Source: Halodesulfurarchaeum sp. (GTDB lineage: Archaea; Halobacteriota; Halobacteria; Halobacteriales; Halobacteriaceae). Taken from it: 64,000 nucleotides of DNA. Below are positions 11,075 through 20,661 of this stretch, piece by piece. The notes below the pieces were generated by a model. That model was not told where the DNA came from and made no database searches. It saw only the letters and a program-made list of their open reading frames with translations. Numbering within the stretch: position 1 is the stretch's first letter; every line of letters starts with the position of its first letter. The position numbers were made by a program, and so were the translations under genes. The stretch lies in assembly GCA_034520565.1 (NCBI GenBank), contig JAXHNL010000002.1:1376001-1440000 (forward strand), given 5' to 3'.

Positions 11075-11437
11075 CCTTTAGCAATTATGGATTATGTAAG
11101 TAAGTAATTCTCGGTTATCCCACGCGAATTTTGCAGGTGAAATTTGACTGGGTGAGGGAAGGGAACTTGAACCGGATTGTGGGCTACATAACAGGACCTC
11201 TACCGATACAAAATATTTGAAGTATTTTACTTTTAAACGACGCATAATATTGCCACTGAACCTGAGTATATCAAGGATAGAGCACCGAATAACTCGGACA
11301 TTGCCCCGTCATATGGGTTAAAACTCCATCCTCACCATTCAGATATTGTGATTCAGATGTGGTCTGCGCGGTCGCAATATCAAACATCTCATCCATGTCT
11401 TTTACCCGTAAAATTAAACGTCGAAAACTAGGCCATA

Positions 11438-13231
11438 TCACTTCTTTGACTGAATTTCGTATAATTCGGCGTATTTTCCCTCTTCACTAAGCAATTCCTC
11501 ATGCGTACCAGACTCAATGATTTCTCCTTGATCAAGTGTATAAATCTGATCGGCGTTCTTCACCGTCGACAATCGGTGTGCAATCGCAATCATGCCGTAA
11601 TCTCTATCCATAGACTCGATTGCATCTTGAACTTCTTGTTCCAAGTTCGAGTCCAGATCGCTGGTCGCCTCGTCTAGGACGAGGAAATCTGCTTCCTTCA
11701 ATAGTGCTCTCGCCAGGGCGACTCGCTGGCGTTGCCCGCCGGAAAGTCGGACACCATCATCCCCAAGTTTTGAATCATAGCCCTTGGGCAATTCGTCGAG
11801 AAACTCATCTACCTTCGCGATTTCACAGACTTCTTTGACCGCCTCTCTGTTTGCGTCTCGATTTCCAATCGTAACATTCGCTTCCAAGGTATCGTTGAAT
11901 ATGTATGGTTGTTGTCTCACTACCGCGATTCGTTCTCGCCATTCGCGAAGATCGTATTTGCTAATTGATACCCCATTACCACTGACATCACCTTTGTCCG
12001 GGGTGTACATTCTTGCCAGGAGAGATACGATAGTCGACTTTCCAGCCCCGGACTGACCCACGAAGGCAATGAAATCACCTCGTTTTGCCTCGAACGAAAT
12101 TCCGCGAAGGACCGTTTCGTCTTCCGTGTAAGAGAAATTTACGTCGTCAAATTTAACCAGATCTAATGTGTCAATCGATTCATATCCATTTGATTCGGCC
12201 CGGTTTGAAAGGTTGTCAAGAAAGTCGTGAGTCCGAACTAAGTGAGAGATATGTCCCTCGAGAGAATATACCCAGTTATTCAAGGTACTCACTCGAGGAG
12301 CCAATTGGAACATTGCTATCAAGAAAATCCCCAATTCCCCAAGTGAAAGGCCAGTATATTCGAATCCCACGTATATCAAGACAAAAATTGTGATCGCTGC
12401 GGCTAATTGGTAGAAATTTGTGATGCCAGCTTGGTTCCTACTCAGATGGATCTCTGAACTCGCATATCGATCGATGGAATCCTGAAACGTCGAAAACACC
12501 TCGTCGGCTAACCCAAAGAGCTTGACGTCCCGAATTCCTTGCGTGCCTGCCTGCACGGACTCTTGTACCTGCTCGTTCGCCTCTGCCACCCGGTTTCCAA
12601 TCGTCACTGCCGGTTCGATAACGAACCGAAGTAGGACAGTAATTCCTCCGAGAAGAACAATTGCCAGGGCAGTCATTTCTGGCGTGATGTACAGCATGAC
12701 TCCCATGTATATGGCAACCAAGAACGCGTATTCCATCGTCCGCACTGCTTTATCGATCACTCGACCAGAATACCGAGTTTCGGTAATGATTGCATTCAGA
12801 ACATCATCCGAACCCTCCTCATCGAAGTAGGCAATTTCAGCATCGAGGGCCTGACTGAAAGCTCGTGTCCGCAGATCTTTTTCGTATTCTTTCGAAAGTA
12901 TCGCTCGCAACCACCCGACTAAAAACGACATCGTATACCGGACCGTCATTACGAATGCAACACCGATAATCAGATATCCCAATGAAAAAGGAAGTCCCAA
13001 TAACTCGTACGTGCTGAGAAAAACCTCCAAAACCGGCCCCCCACCTTCAACTGGTCCCTCGCTTTGTGCAACTTCGATAATCGGATAAATAAATCCTAGA
13101 CCAACACCCTCTAGCACGGCAGCCATAGCCCCAAGTAAAATTAGTCCGACCGTGAAGAGCGGCCGATACTGGGCGACCCGTTTCAGCGCAACCAGCTTTT
13201 CTTTCCAACTCAAGTCTTTATCTTCAACCAT
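11438..13231 (-). CDS. ABC exporter, fused TMD-NBD (MsbA/PglK-like)
   Basis: N-terminal transmembrane helices; Walker A GQSGAGKS, signature LSGGQ, Walker B LVLDE. Confidence 0.92.
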   Translation of the reverse strand: MVEDKDLSWKEKLVALKRVAQYRPLFTVGLILLGAMAAVLEGVGLGFIYPIIEVAQSEGPVEGGGPVLEVFLSTYELLGLPFSLGYLIIGVAFVMTVRYTMSFLVGWLRAILSKEYEKDLRTRAFSQALDAEIAYFDEEGSDDVLNAIITETRYSGRVIDKAVRTMEYAFLVAIYMGVMLYITPEMTALAIVLLGGITVLLRFVIEPAVTIGNRVAEANEQVQESVQAGTQGIRDVKLFGLADEVFSTFQDSIDRYASSEIHLSRNQAGITNFYQLAAAITIFVLIYVGFEYTGLSLGELGIFLIAMFQLAPRVSTLNNWVYSLEGHISHLVRTHDFLDNLSNRAESNGYESIDTLDLVKFDDVNFSYTEDETVLRGISFEAKRGDFIAFVGQSGAGKSTIVSLLARMYTPDKGDVSGNGVSISKYDLREWRERIAVVRQQPYIFNDTLEANVTIGNRDANREAVKEVCEIAKVDEFLDELPKGYDSKLGDDGVRLSGGQRQRVALARALLKEADFLVLDEATSDLDSNLEQEVQDAIESMDRDYGMIAIAHRLSTVKNADQIYTLDQGEIIESGTHEELLSEEGKYAELYEIQSKK

Positions 13232-13695
13232 TCGATTGGGCGAGGATTTTGGTTCTCCGTGGTTAAAGATAGCGGATTGGTGTAGCGACGAACGTGCTTA
13301 TCTATTAGATTAATGCACAAGCCTGGGGAATGTGGCATTCATTTCGACTCATCTGATCTCAATATCCATTAGTAGTCGCCCTTACCTCGGACAAAGGGAC
13401 TTGCCTGAAACCCTCTAACCAACGATAAACCGAAAGACATGGCGAGGTGGACGTGTCGAAAATCGGGGTGTCCACTTTCCGCCACGTCTTCAAACGACCT
13501 TCCTCGCCACTCCATTAGCTGCATCGTTTTATACTCACCCGCACGCGAGGATCTAAGCTCGTCGGCCTTGAGCGACCCACTCTCACCGAAGTGTGATATG
13601 CACGACTCGCAAATATTCCTATACTGGACTCATTGAAACGTGACTAGCACCTCGTTCCCGAGCTTGTGACGCCCTCGCACACCCATTGCGAGCAC

Positions 13696-13822
13696 ACAAA
13701 GCATTTATACCGAGCTTCCGTTCTTTCCTATACCCCTACCCACTCCCATAGCTGACCGGGAGTCCGCCAAACACGGAAACGTGGAGTGCGGAAGCGGAGT
13801 CAGCAAACGAAACACGATACAC
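13696..13822 (+). promoter_or_regulatory. S-layer gene promoter (BRE/TATA) and structured 5' leader
   Basis: cacaaagcaTTTATA with the TATA box at 13704-13709; nested stems gctgac/gtcagc, ccgc/gcgg and cacg-GAAA-cgtg before the ATG. Confidence 0.6.
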
Positions 13823-16231
13823 ATGACAAGCAAAAACGATAAACTCCGCGGCCTGTTCCTGGCTGCGCTGATGGTACTCAGCATCACTGTTGGGTCCATT
13901 GCGTTTGCAGGGACAGCTGCTGCGGCTGGAGAACCTGTGGTCACCAGTTCCATCGAGTTTGATGGTACTGATATGACCAGCCAATTTAATGGAAGTAATG
14001 GTGATGTAAGTACAATTGAAGTCGCCTTCGACCAGGCAGTCCGAATGGACGATGGGACAAATATTACGAGCGGAGACTTCGAGGTATTCGTCAACGATAC
14101 CAACGTGACCACCGGCTATACACTGATTGGGAATGGTAACACCAGTGGAGTCGAAGGTCAGGTTGTGTTAACCTCAAGCACTGCACTGGCACCAAATGAC
14201 GACCTCGTTCTTAACTTTACTGACAAAATAGAGGACGTCGACGGTAATAACGTCTCGTTTACCAACGAGTCGATTACCGTAACTGGTGCAACGATTTCTG
14301 AAGCTGGAGTTCAGAGCTATACTGAATACGCAGGTACAGATGTTGCATATGTGACGAACAGTACTGGGCTTAACACAGACTTCGAGATCAGCACCGAAGA
14401 TGAACTGATCCTTGACGGTAGCACCGGTGCGGGTAGTCAGGTGTACCTCTTCGATAGTGCGGACCGTGAGACGAGTGTCAAGCACTGGTTCAACAATACC
14501 GCTAACGACATTTCGCTCACCCTCCGTAACCTGAACTTGGACGCCACGCTGGCGGACGACACGGCTGACGGGATTTACGTCGACGCTGACGACAACGCTG
14601 ACGACACAGTCGTCGATGTCTCGGCCGTCCGTGGAAACGAAGACGTAGAAGTGCAAGTCTTGGACAGCGACGGAGATGACTTCGGCGACGCCCAGGCATT
14701 CACCCTGGACGGCAGCGGTGAAGTCGAGGCGAACCTTGGAGACGTCTTCACCCAGGACGACACTGGTACGTACACGCTCGAAGTGATGGACGTGACGACG
14801 GGTGTTACTACAGAAACGGACGAATTCGACGTGGAGGAACTCCCGGACATTGAAGCGGGGTTCGCGCAGACATCCTACACGGACGAGCGCGGTGACATCA
14901 TGAACATCACGGTCGACATCTCGGAGGGTGACTCCGCGACCGTGTTCGTTGGTGACGACGACGCGAACTACCTCTACGAAGTCGACATCACGGACGACGA
15001 TGAAGACGGAGAGGTCGTGCTGAGCTGGAACACGTACAAACACAGTTCAGGAACTGCTACCGCTGCAACGGATAGTTTCTCGGCACCATACGGTGAGGAC
15101 GACAACGAAGTCACTGGTGTCACGGAGCACCAGGGTGTCAGCGACGATAAAGTCCTGGCAGCCATCTCGTACGAGCTGAACGTGACGGCGAACGATGAGG
15201 AGCTTGGCGTCGCACAGGCGACCCTCTCGGAACGTTCGACTGACGCGGTCAACACGTGGATCGCGCCGAACGGCGACGTCACTGAAGTCGCGGATATCAG
15301 CGAGTACGCAACTGACCTCTCCGAGACGTCCCTCGGTGAAGACGTGATCGTGGAGGTCGAGGCCTCTGGCTTCGAAGGCTTCATGGTGGACCACGACTCG
15401 GAGGCCTATGAGTCGTCGGACCTCAACATGTCCAGTGACGGGCTGTACATGAACATCACGGAGACGAACGTTGCGAGCAACGCCGACCCGAAAACAGCAA
15501 ACGTGTCGAACACGACGCTGCTGCTGGACCAGGACAACAACAAGTTCTACGTCCTGATTGATACGAGCGACTCGGACAAGTTCGACTTCTCCGCTGACGA
15601 AGACTACGAAGCGAAACTGACGCTGAACCAGGACTCGCCGTACGTGGAGTCCACGACGACGAGTTCGGTCCAGTCCGAGGAATGGACGACAACCTTCTCG
15701 CTGGTTGAGGAGGACTATACGTTCGACAACCTGAACGACACGGACATGCTGAACGTTGAGGCAACAGAAGACGTGACGGTTTCGGGTGAGACCTCGATCG
15801 CGCCCAAGCAGAACGTCACAGTGCGCGTGCGCTCGCCAGGTAACTACCTGATGAGCGACGAGAAGGTGACTGTGCAGGACGACGGCACCTTCAGCACGAG
15901 CTTCGACTTTAGCGACAAGGCCGACACCGAATTCACGGTTTCACTTCAGAGCGTGGACGGCACGGACGCTGACGGCTACGTGATGGAGGCTGCTCCGGAG
16001 GAGACGACGGAGGAGACCACCGAAGAGACCACCGAGGAAACGACCGAAGAGACAACCGAAGAGACGACTGAGGAGACGACCGAGGAGCCCGTCGAAACTA
16101 CCGAGGAGCCGGTAGAGACGACGGAGGAACCGGTTGAGACGACGGAGACCCAGACGCCCGGCTTCACGATGGGCCTGGGCCTGATCGCGCTGCTCGGTGC
16201 GGCGCTCCTGGCGCTCCGCCGCAAGAACTAA
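13823..16231 (+). CDS. csg: Cell-surface (S-layer) glycoprotein with Sec signal, Thr-rich linker and PGF-CTERM
   Basis: Signal peptide MTSKNDKLRGLFLAALMV; acidic; about 18 N-x-S/T sequons; C-terminal TPGF-hydrophobic helix-RRKN archaeosortase signal. Confidence 0.9.
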   Translation: MTSKNDKLRGLFLAALMVLSITVGSIAFAGTAAAAGEPVVTSSIEFDGTDMTSQFNGSNGDVSTIEVAFDQAVRMDDGTNITSGDFEVFVNDTNVTTGYTLIGNGNTSGVEGQVVLTSSTALAPNDDLVLNFTDKIEDVDGNNVSFTNESITVTGATISEAGVQSYTEYAGTDVAYVTNSTGLNTDFEISTEDELILDGSTGAGSQVYLFDSADRETSVKHWFNNTANDISLTLRNLNLDATLADDTADGIYVDADDNADDTVVDVSAVRGNEDVEVQVLDSDGDDFGDAQAFTLDGSGEVEANLGDVFTQDDTGTYTLEVMDVTTGVTTETDEFDVEELPDIEAGFAQTSYTDERGDIMNITVDISEGDSATVFVGDDDANYLYEVDITDDDEDGEVVLSWNTYKHSSGTATAATDSFSAPYGEDDNEVTGVTEHQGVSDDKVLAAISYELNVTANDEELGVAQATLSERSTDAVNTWIAPNGDVTEVADISEYATDLSETSLGEDVIVEVEASGFEGFMVDHDSEAYESSDLNMSSDGLYMNITETNVASNADPKTANVSNTTLLLDQDNNKFYVLIDTSDSDKFDFSADEDYEAKLTLNQDSPYVESTTTSSVQSEEWTTTFSLVEEDYTFDNLNDTDMLNVEATEDVTVSGETSIAPKQNVTVRVRSPGNYLMSDEKVTVQDDGTFSTSFDFSDKADTEFTVSLQSVDGTDADGYVMEAAPEETTEETTEETTEETTEETTEETTEETTEEPVETTEEPVETTEEPVETTETQTPGFTMGLGLIALLGAALLALRRKN
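15998..16147 (+). repeat. Coding tandem repeat (EETT)x7 + (EEPVETT)x3, likely O-glycosylated linker
   Basis: Visible in the translation; synonymous codons vary between units. Confidence 0.9.
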
Positions 16232-16250
16232 CGACGACTAAGTAGCGAGT

Positions 16251-16317
16251 AACGGGCGCAACCCGTTTTCGATCCCAACCCTGGGATCGATACCCCTACC
16301 CATTTTCATTTTTTCAC
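16251..16317 (+). terminator. csg 3' UTR: two hairpins followed by T tracts
   Basis: aacggg-cgcaa-cccgtt; tcgatccca-accc-tgggatcga; ttttcattttttc. Confidence 0.7.
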
Positions 16318-16428
16318 GATCCAAGAGCGACGGCTTCTGCCAGCCGACCTTCTCGACCTATTGTGACTGGACAATCTCGCCATAGTTGCCCAGGTAATGC
16401 CGCGTAAACTTAGGATGGGGAAATTTGG

Positions 16429-16542
16429 TGGGTGGGAATCCAAAAGGGGCCGACCGGTCGCGTGCGCTTCTGCGGGCCCTATTTCGAGCGGAGCGAGAAA
16501 TATCTCGCAGAGCGTGCGCGAGCGGGAGGGGGCTTTCGGAGG
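16429..16542 (+). repeat. Hairpin-mosaic intergenic element, copy 1
   Basis: Left end tgggtgggaatccaaaaggg identical to 21787-21806; right end gcgagcgggagggggctttcg identical to 34471-34491. Confidence 0.75.
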
Positions 16543-16624
16543 ACGAGTCACTCACTAATCCAATCCAAATTATTCCACCACCAAAACCGGAACCATCAAC
16601 TTCCCACCTCACCCCCAAACAACC

Positions 16625-17615
16625 ATGACCGTACTCGTCACCGGCGGCGCCGGCTTCATCGGCTCCAACCTCTCGGAAGCTCTTCTAAAGAGAAACCACG
16701 ACGTCGTAGTCCTCGACAACCTCGACCCCTACTACGACCTCGAGATCAAACACCACAACATCGACCAGTGCCGAAACACGGCCCCAAACAACTACACCTT
16801 CGTCGAGGGCTCAATAACAAACGAATCGTTAGTCAACGAGATCTTCACCAACCACGACATAGACTTTGTCTACCACGAAGCAGCCAGAGCCGGCGTCAGA
16901 ACCTCCGTCAACCAACCCAAATTCTACGAAAAAAACAACGTCCAGGGCCTCTTAACACTCCTCGAAGCCGCAAAAGACAACAACGTCACCCGCTTCGTCA
17001 ACGCCTCTTCGTCATCAGTCTACGGCCGACCGGACTACCTCCCCTACGACGAGGACCACCCGAACTACCCCAAGAGCCCCTACGCAGTCACCAAACTCGC
17101 CGCCGAACACTACTGCAAGGTCTACACCGACGACCTCCACGACCTCCCCACGGTCAGCCTCCGGTACTTCACCGTCTACGGCCCCCGCATGCGCCCCAAC
17201 ATGGCCATCTCGAACTTCGTCTCACGCGCCCTCAACGACGAACCGCCGATCATCTACGGCGACGGCGAACAGACACGCGATTTCACCTACATCGACGACA
17301 TCGTCGACGCGAACCGCTCGCCTCCTGCGATACCGACACCGCAGACGGACGAGCGTACTCAACGTCGGCTCCACGGACACCATCACCATCAACGAACTCG
17401 CAACGTACGTCATCAGCGAAACGAACACCGACCTCGAACCGATCCACGAGGACCCGAAGGACGCAGACGCGAGACACACCCACGCCGACGTCTCGAAGGC
17501 CCGAGACCTACTCGACTACGATCCCCAGACCTCGATCAAAGACGGCGTCTCGCGTTTCATCGACTGGTACGAAGACAACCGGGACTGGTACGAACCGCTC
17601 GTCCTGAACGCGTAA
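16625..17615 (+). CDS. NDP-sugar epimerase (GalE/UDP-GlcA epimerase-like), frame disrupted at about 17320-17355
   Basis: VTGGAGFIGS, YAVTK and RYFTVYGP motifs; removing four single bases restores NRSLLDTDTADGEVLNVGST...WYEPLVLNA-stop at 17613-17615. Confidence 0.85.
17517..17602 (+). repeat. 86-bp direct repeat (epimerase 3' end), live copy; partner at 22688-22773
   Basis: 81 of 86 nt identical by eye. Confidence 0.92.
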
Positions 17616-17807
17616 TCGATTCGGTTTGCACAATCGATTCCGCTCGTCAGTCGTTCACACCGACAATCGAAACCCCTGGAAAACAGGCCCCGCTCCGAAT
17701 TCCCGAACGTGACTCGCCTCGGGGTCAAGTGGTTCGAGAATCGAATTCTCCCGTCACGAAGCGAAGCCGAAGGCTTCGCGAGGGCTGCGAACGCGTTGCG
17801 TTCGCCC

Positions 17808-18265
17808 GATCACGAAACTCTCCGATTTTCGAACGACCGCATTGACCGGGCCACAAGACAGCCACTCCGAGGGCGAAACGCGCCCGGAGACGAGTGAAAC
17901 GAATGCGTCTTGAAACCGTGACGGGTCACTGAGACCCGAAATCCCATGGTGGGATTCCACGGCGTCGTCGGGCGACGCCCGACTGCCTGAGACCTTCGGA
18001 CCATCTCTGTTCATGCCGTGGAAGAGGTCAATGCCGGGTTTCAGGTCGTTGAGACGGTCAATGCAGGCATCGAGTTAAACTCCCCAAACCCCAATCAGGC
18101 GTCGGAGTCAGTTGCTTCCTCGAGGAGATCGCACATTCGATCGAAGTGCTGGCTGATTTGCTCTGGCATCGACTCGAACGCGTCATCGCTCACAGGTTTC
18201 CCTCCGTTCACTTCGTGCCATTTTTCAAACCTCTTGATGAAACGTTCGACGTTCTCACGTGAATC
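17808..18265 (+). repeat. About 370-bp direct repeat, copy 1 (carries about 88 extra nt); partner at 21929-22300
   Basis: Near-identical blocks such as ggccacaagacagccactccgagggcgaaacgcg and tttttcaaacctcttgatgaaacgttcgacgttctc. Confidence 0.93.
18095..18262 (-). pseudogene. 3' half of a small hypothetical gene; 5' part missing, vapC abuts it
   Basis: RENVERFIKRFEKWHEVNGG...EEATDSDA-stop; matches 22128-22438. Confidence 0.65.
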
Positions 18266-18269
18266 GCTT

Positions 18270-18656
18270 CTATTTCAATTCTCGCGGGTCAACATGTTCG
18301 ACCTCGCTGATCTCGGGAAACAGGGTATCCGTGGACACGATCGGCTCGCCACGTGCGTACGCGGCGCCGAGGTGAATCGAATCGAACACACCCACTCGGT
18401 CGTATTTCTCTCGGAGCGTTCCCGCCGCCTCGATGTCCTCGCGTGTGAGTGCGACGAGGACAACCCCTTCGTTTTCGATCGACGCGTACCCGGTGGCAAG
18501 ATCCCTTCGGTCCCAGTCGGATTCCATGACGTATTGGATCTCGATTGCGGTCGCGACGGATGTGATCGGTTCGGGTATCGCGTCGATATCGACGTCGGAG
18601 GAAAGCCAATCGTCTTCCTTGAGCCGGGCGAGGATCGTATCGGTGTCGAGGTACAT
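18270..18656 (-). CDS. vapC: PIN-domain toxin (VapC-like)
   Basis: MYLDTD, FDSIH and IVSTD PIN motifs; directly follows an RHH gene. Confidence 0.88.
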   Translation of the reverse strand: MYLDTDTILARLKEDDWLSSDVDIDAIPEPITSVATAIEIQYVMESDWDRRDLATGYASIENEGVVLVALTREDIEAAGTLREKYDRVGVFDSIHLGAAYARGEPIVSTDTLFPEISEVEHVDPRELK

Positions 18657-18890
18657 TCAGGCCTGGCGCTTGCGTTCTAACCGCTCCCGAATATCGCGCT
18701 CGGCGACGGCGTCGGTCACTTCGTGGAGGCGAATGCGATCTCGCTCCTCCCGAACGACGAGCCGAGCACCGTACCGGAGTGCCTCGGATCGCGAGCTAAA
18801 CACGCCCTCCTCGACGAGTTCGTCGAGTTCCTCGACGACCCCCACCGGTAGCGATACCGGGATCGGTTTTCTGGATGAATCGGTACTCAT
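18657..18890 (-). CDS. Ribbon-helix-helix (CopG-like) antitoxin
   Basis: VSLPVGVVEELDELVEEGVFSSRSEALR pattern. Confidence 0.85.
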   Translation of the reverse strand: MSTDSSRKPIPVSLPVGVVEELDELVEEGVFSSRSEALRYGARLVVREERDRIRLHEVTDAVAERDIRERLERKRQA

Positions 18891-18956
18891 GCCTCACTGT
18901 TTGTTATACAATGGTATAAATTATCGGGATAACACGAGAGTTTTCTATTGGGGGAG

Positions 18957-19097
18957 TACGAGCCCCCGCTCACACGGTTCGCGGGGACGCCGCAAAGACT
19001 AACGTCTTTGCGAGATCCCGCTCGCTTCGCTCGCGGGGACGCCGTAAGGACTAACGTCCTTACGAGCCCCCGCTCGCTTCGCTCGCGGGAACGCCGT
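18957..19097. repeat. Tandem array of about 52-nt units with alternating hairpins (REP/BIME-like)
   Basis: cccgc-N-gcggg three times, alternating with gcaaagac-taac-gtctttgc and gtaaggac-taac-gtccttac. Confidence 0.85.
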
Positions 19098-19192
19098 CGC
19101 AGCTAAGTAGGTAAAAGCGACTGACCGGCGTTACCGGTCACTTCGATTCCGTAACCCTGGTATCGATACCCCTGCCAACGTTTCATTTTCAC
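19092..19192 (+). pseudogene. Relic 3' end (RRRS-stop) and 3' UTR of a second S-layer/PGF-CTERM gene
   Basis: cgc cgt cgc agc taa; 19153-19173 matches 16277-16297 at 20/21 nt; homologous hairpins and T tract. Confidence 0.75.
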
Positions 19193-19199
19193 CTAATTC

Positions 19200-20661
19200 G
19201 AGGCGGAGGCCCCACCCTCAAGGAGCGCCGGGCTTCCGGCCCCGGCGGAAGCACAAGCGGAGGTGAGGAGCTGGGGACGGAACGCGCGAGCGCCACGGTA
19301 CTGACCAGCCACCAGACTGTTGCCTGCTAACTCCCAATTATTAAGTAACTATGTATAGATATGTGAAAATACAGTGGAGTACCGTCGTACTGCCGTTATC
19401 AAGCTCGACACGCCCGAAGGCGCGGATACACACCTTCGAGAGACTGTCGAGCAATTCAAATACTGTGCCAACACCGCAAGCGAATGGTGCTGGCACGGTG
19501 ACGACGGCTACCACGTCACCTCGAAAGCCAAGGCTGAACGCGCCCTGTACGACCAGTTACGCGAGGAGACGGAGTTGACCGCGAATCTTGTCCAGAAAGG
19601 GATTCGCCAAGCCGTCGAAGCCGTCAAAAGCGGCGTCGAACGGCTCAAGAACGACCAAGATACGGCCCGTCCAACATTCTCGGCAGATACCGCTATCTAC
19701 GACAAGCGAAGCGCCACGTTCCACCGCGACCACGTTTCGCTGTCAACAGTTGACGGACGAATCGAGTGTGACTATATCCTCCCTGACGACGCTGACGTAC
19801 CACCGACGAAGTACGTCACAGACGAGGACTACGAGTTTCGGCGGGCGACTCTCCATCGACGTGACGGCGACTGGTTTCTCCATGCGTCGATGCTCAAAGA
19901 GGACGACACCGACACCACAACCGGGCACAGAACAGTCCTCGGTGTGGACCTCGGTGTGAACCAACTCGCGGTCGCTTCGACCGGACGATTCTGGTCGGCA
20001 GACGAGTTCAACCACTGGAAGCGAGAGTACGAGAAGCGGCGTGGCGACCTCCAACAGTGCGGAACGAGAGCTGCACACGACGCGATAGCAGGTGTTGAAC
20101 GCAAAGAGGACGGACGCTTCGAGATATTCCTGCATCGTGTCGCCAACGAAATCGTCGCTGAAGCCGTCGAACACGACTGTTCGCATATCGTGTTCGAGGA
20201 CCTGACCGACATTCGTGAGAACGTCCCAGAAGCGTCGTGGCACCATCTGTGGGCGTTCCGCCGGCTCTACGAGTACGTCGAATACAAAGCCAGAGAGCAG
20301 GGCGTCGAAGCCGTCCAAGTAGACCCACGGAACACGTCAAAGCGGTGTTCGACCTGTGGGTTTACCCACGACGACAACCGCCACGGCGAGGATTTCGAGT
20401 GTCAGAAGTGTGGCTACCAGAACCACGCTGACTACAACGCTTCCAAGAACATCGGCTTGCAGTATCTCCGGCGTCGGCAAAACGCAGATGCCGGAGGCGC
20501 ACCCGTAGACGTGCGCTTGAATCGCGGGACGTTGAACGTGAGTGGAGAGTACGACCTTCCCGCCTCATCCGAGGCGTAGAACGGGAGTCCACGCGAAAGC
20601 CCTACCCTCAACGAGCGAGTGGGTCCATAGACCCCGAGCGAAGTAGGGCAGGCTGGTGCAC
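19200..20661 (+). mobile_element. IS200/IS605-family, IS1341-type (tnpB only) element; ends approximate
   Basis: Related subterminal motifs gccccaccctcaaggagcg (left) and gccctaccctcaacgagcg...gtagggc (right) flank tnpB. Confidence 0.75.
19374..20579 (+). CDS. tnpB: RNA-guided endonuclease TnpB
   Basis: RuvC motifs GVDLG, VFEDL and HADYNA; zinc finger CSTC..CQKC. Confidence 0.93.
   Translation: MEYRRTAVIKLDTPEGADTHLRETVEQFKYCANTASEWCWHGDDGYHVTSKAKAERALYDQLREETELTANLVQKGIRQAVEAVKSGVERLKNDQDTARPTFSADTAIYDKRSATFHRDHVSLSTVDGRIECDYILPDDADVPPTKYVTDEDYEFRRATLHRRDGDWFLHASMLKEDDTDTTTGHRTVLGVDLGVNQLAVASTGRFWSADEFNHWKREYEKRRGDLQQCGTRAAHDAIAGVERKEDGRFEIFLHRVANEIVAEAVEHDCSHIVFEDLTDIRENVPEASWHHLWAFRRLYEYVEYKAREQGVEAVQVDPRNTSKRCSTCGFTHDDNRHGEDFECQKCGYQNHADYNASKNIGLQYLRRRQNADAGGAPVDVRLNRGTLNVSGEYDLPASSEA

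Noticed and set aside
17885-17930. Hammerhead-like ribozyme suggested by gtgaaac motifs
   Set aside because: No CUGANGA core was found in the proper context.
18957-19097. Possible mini-CRISPR array
   Set aside because: The intervening segments are themselves near-identical hairpins, not unique spacers, and there are no cas genes.
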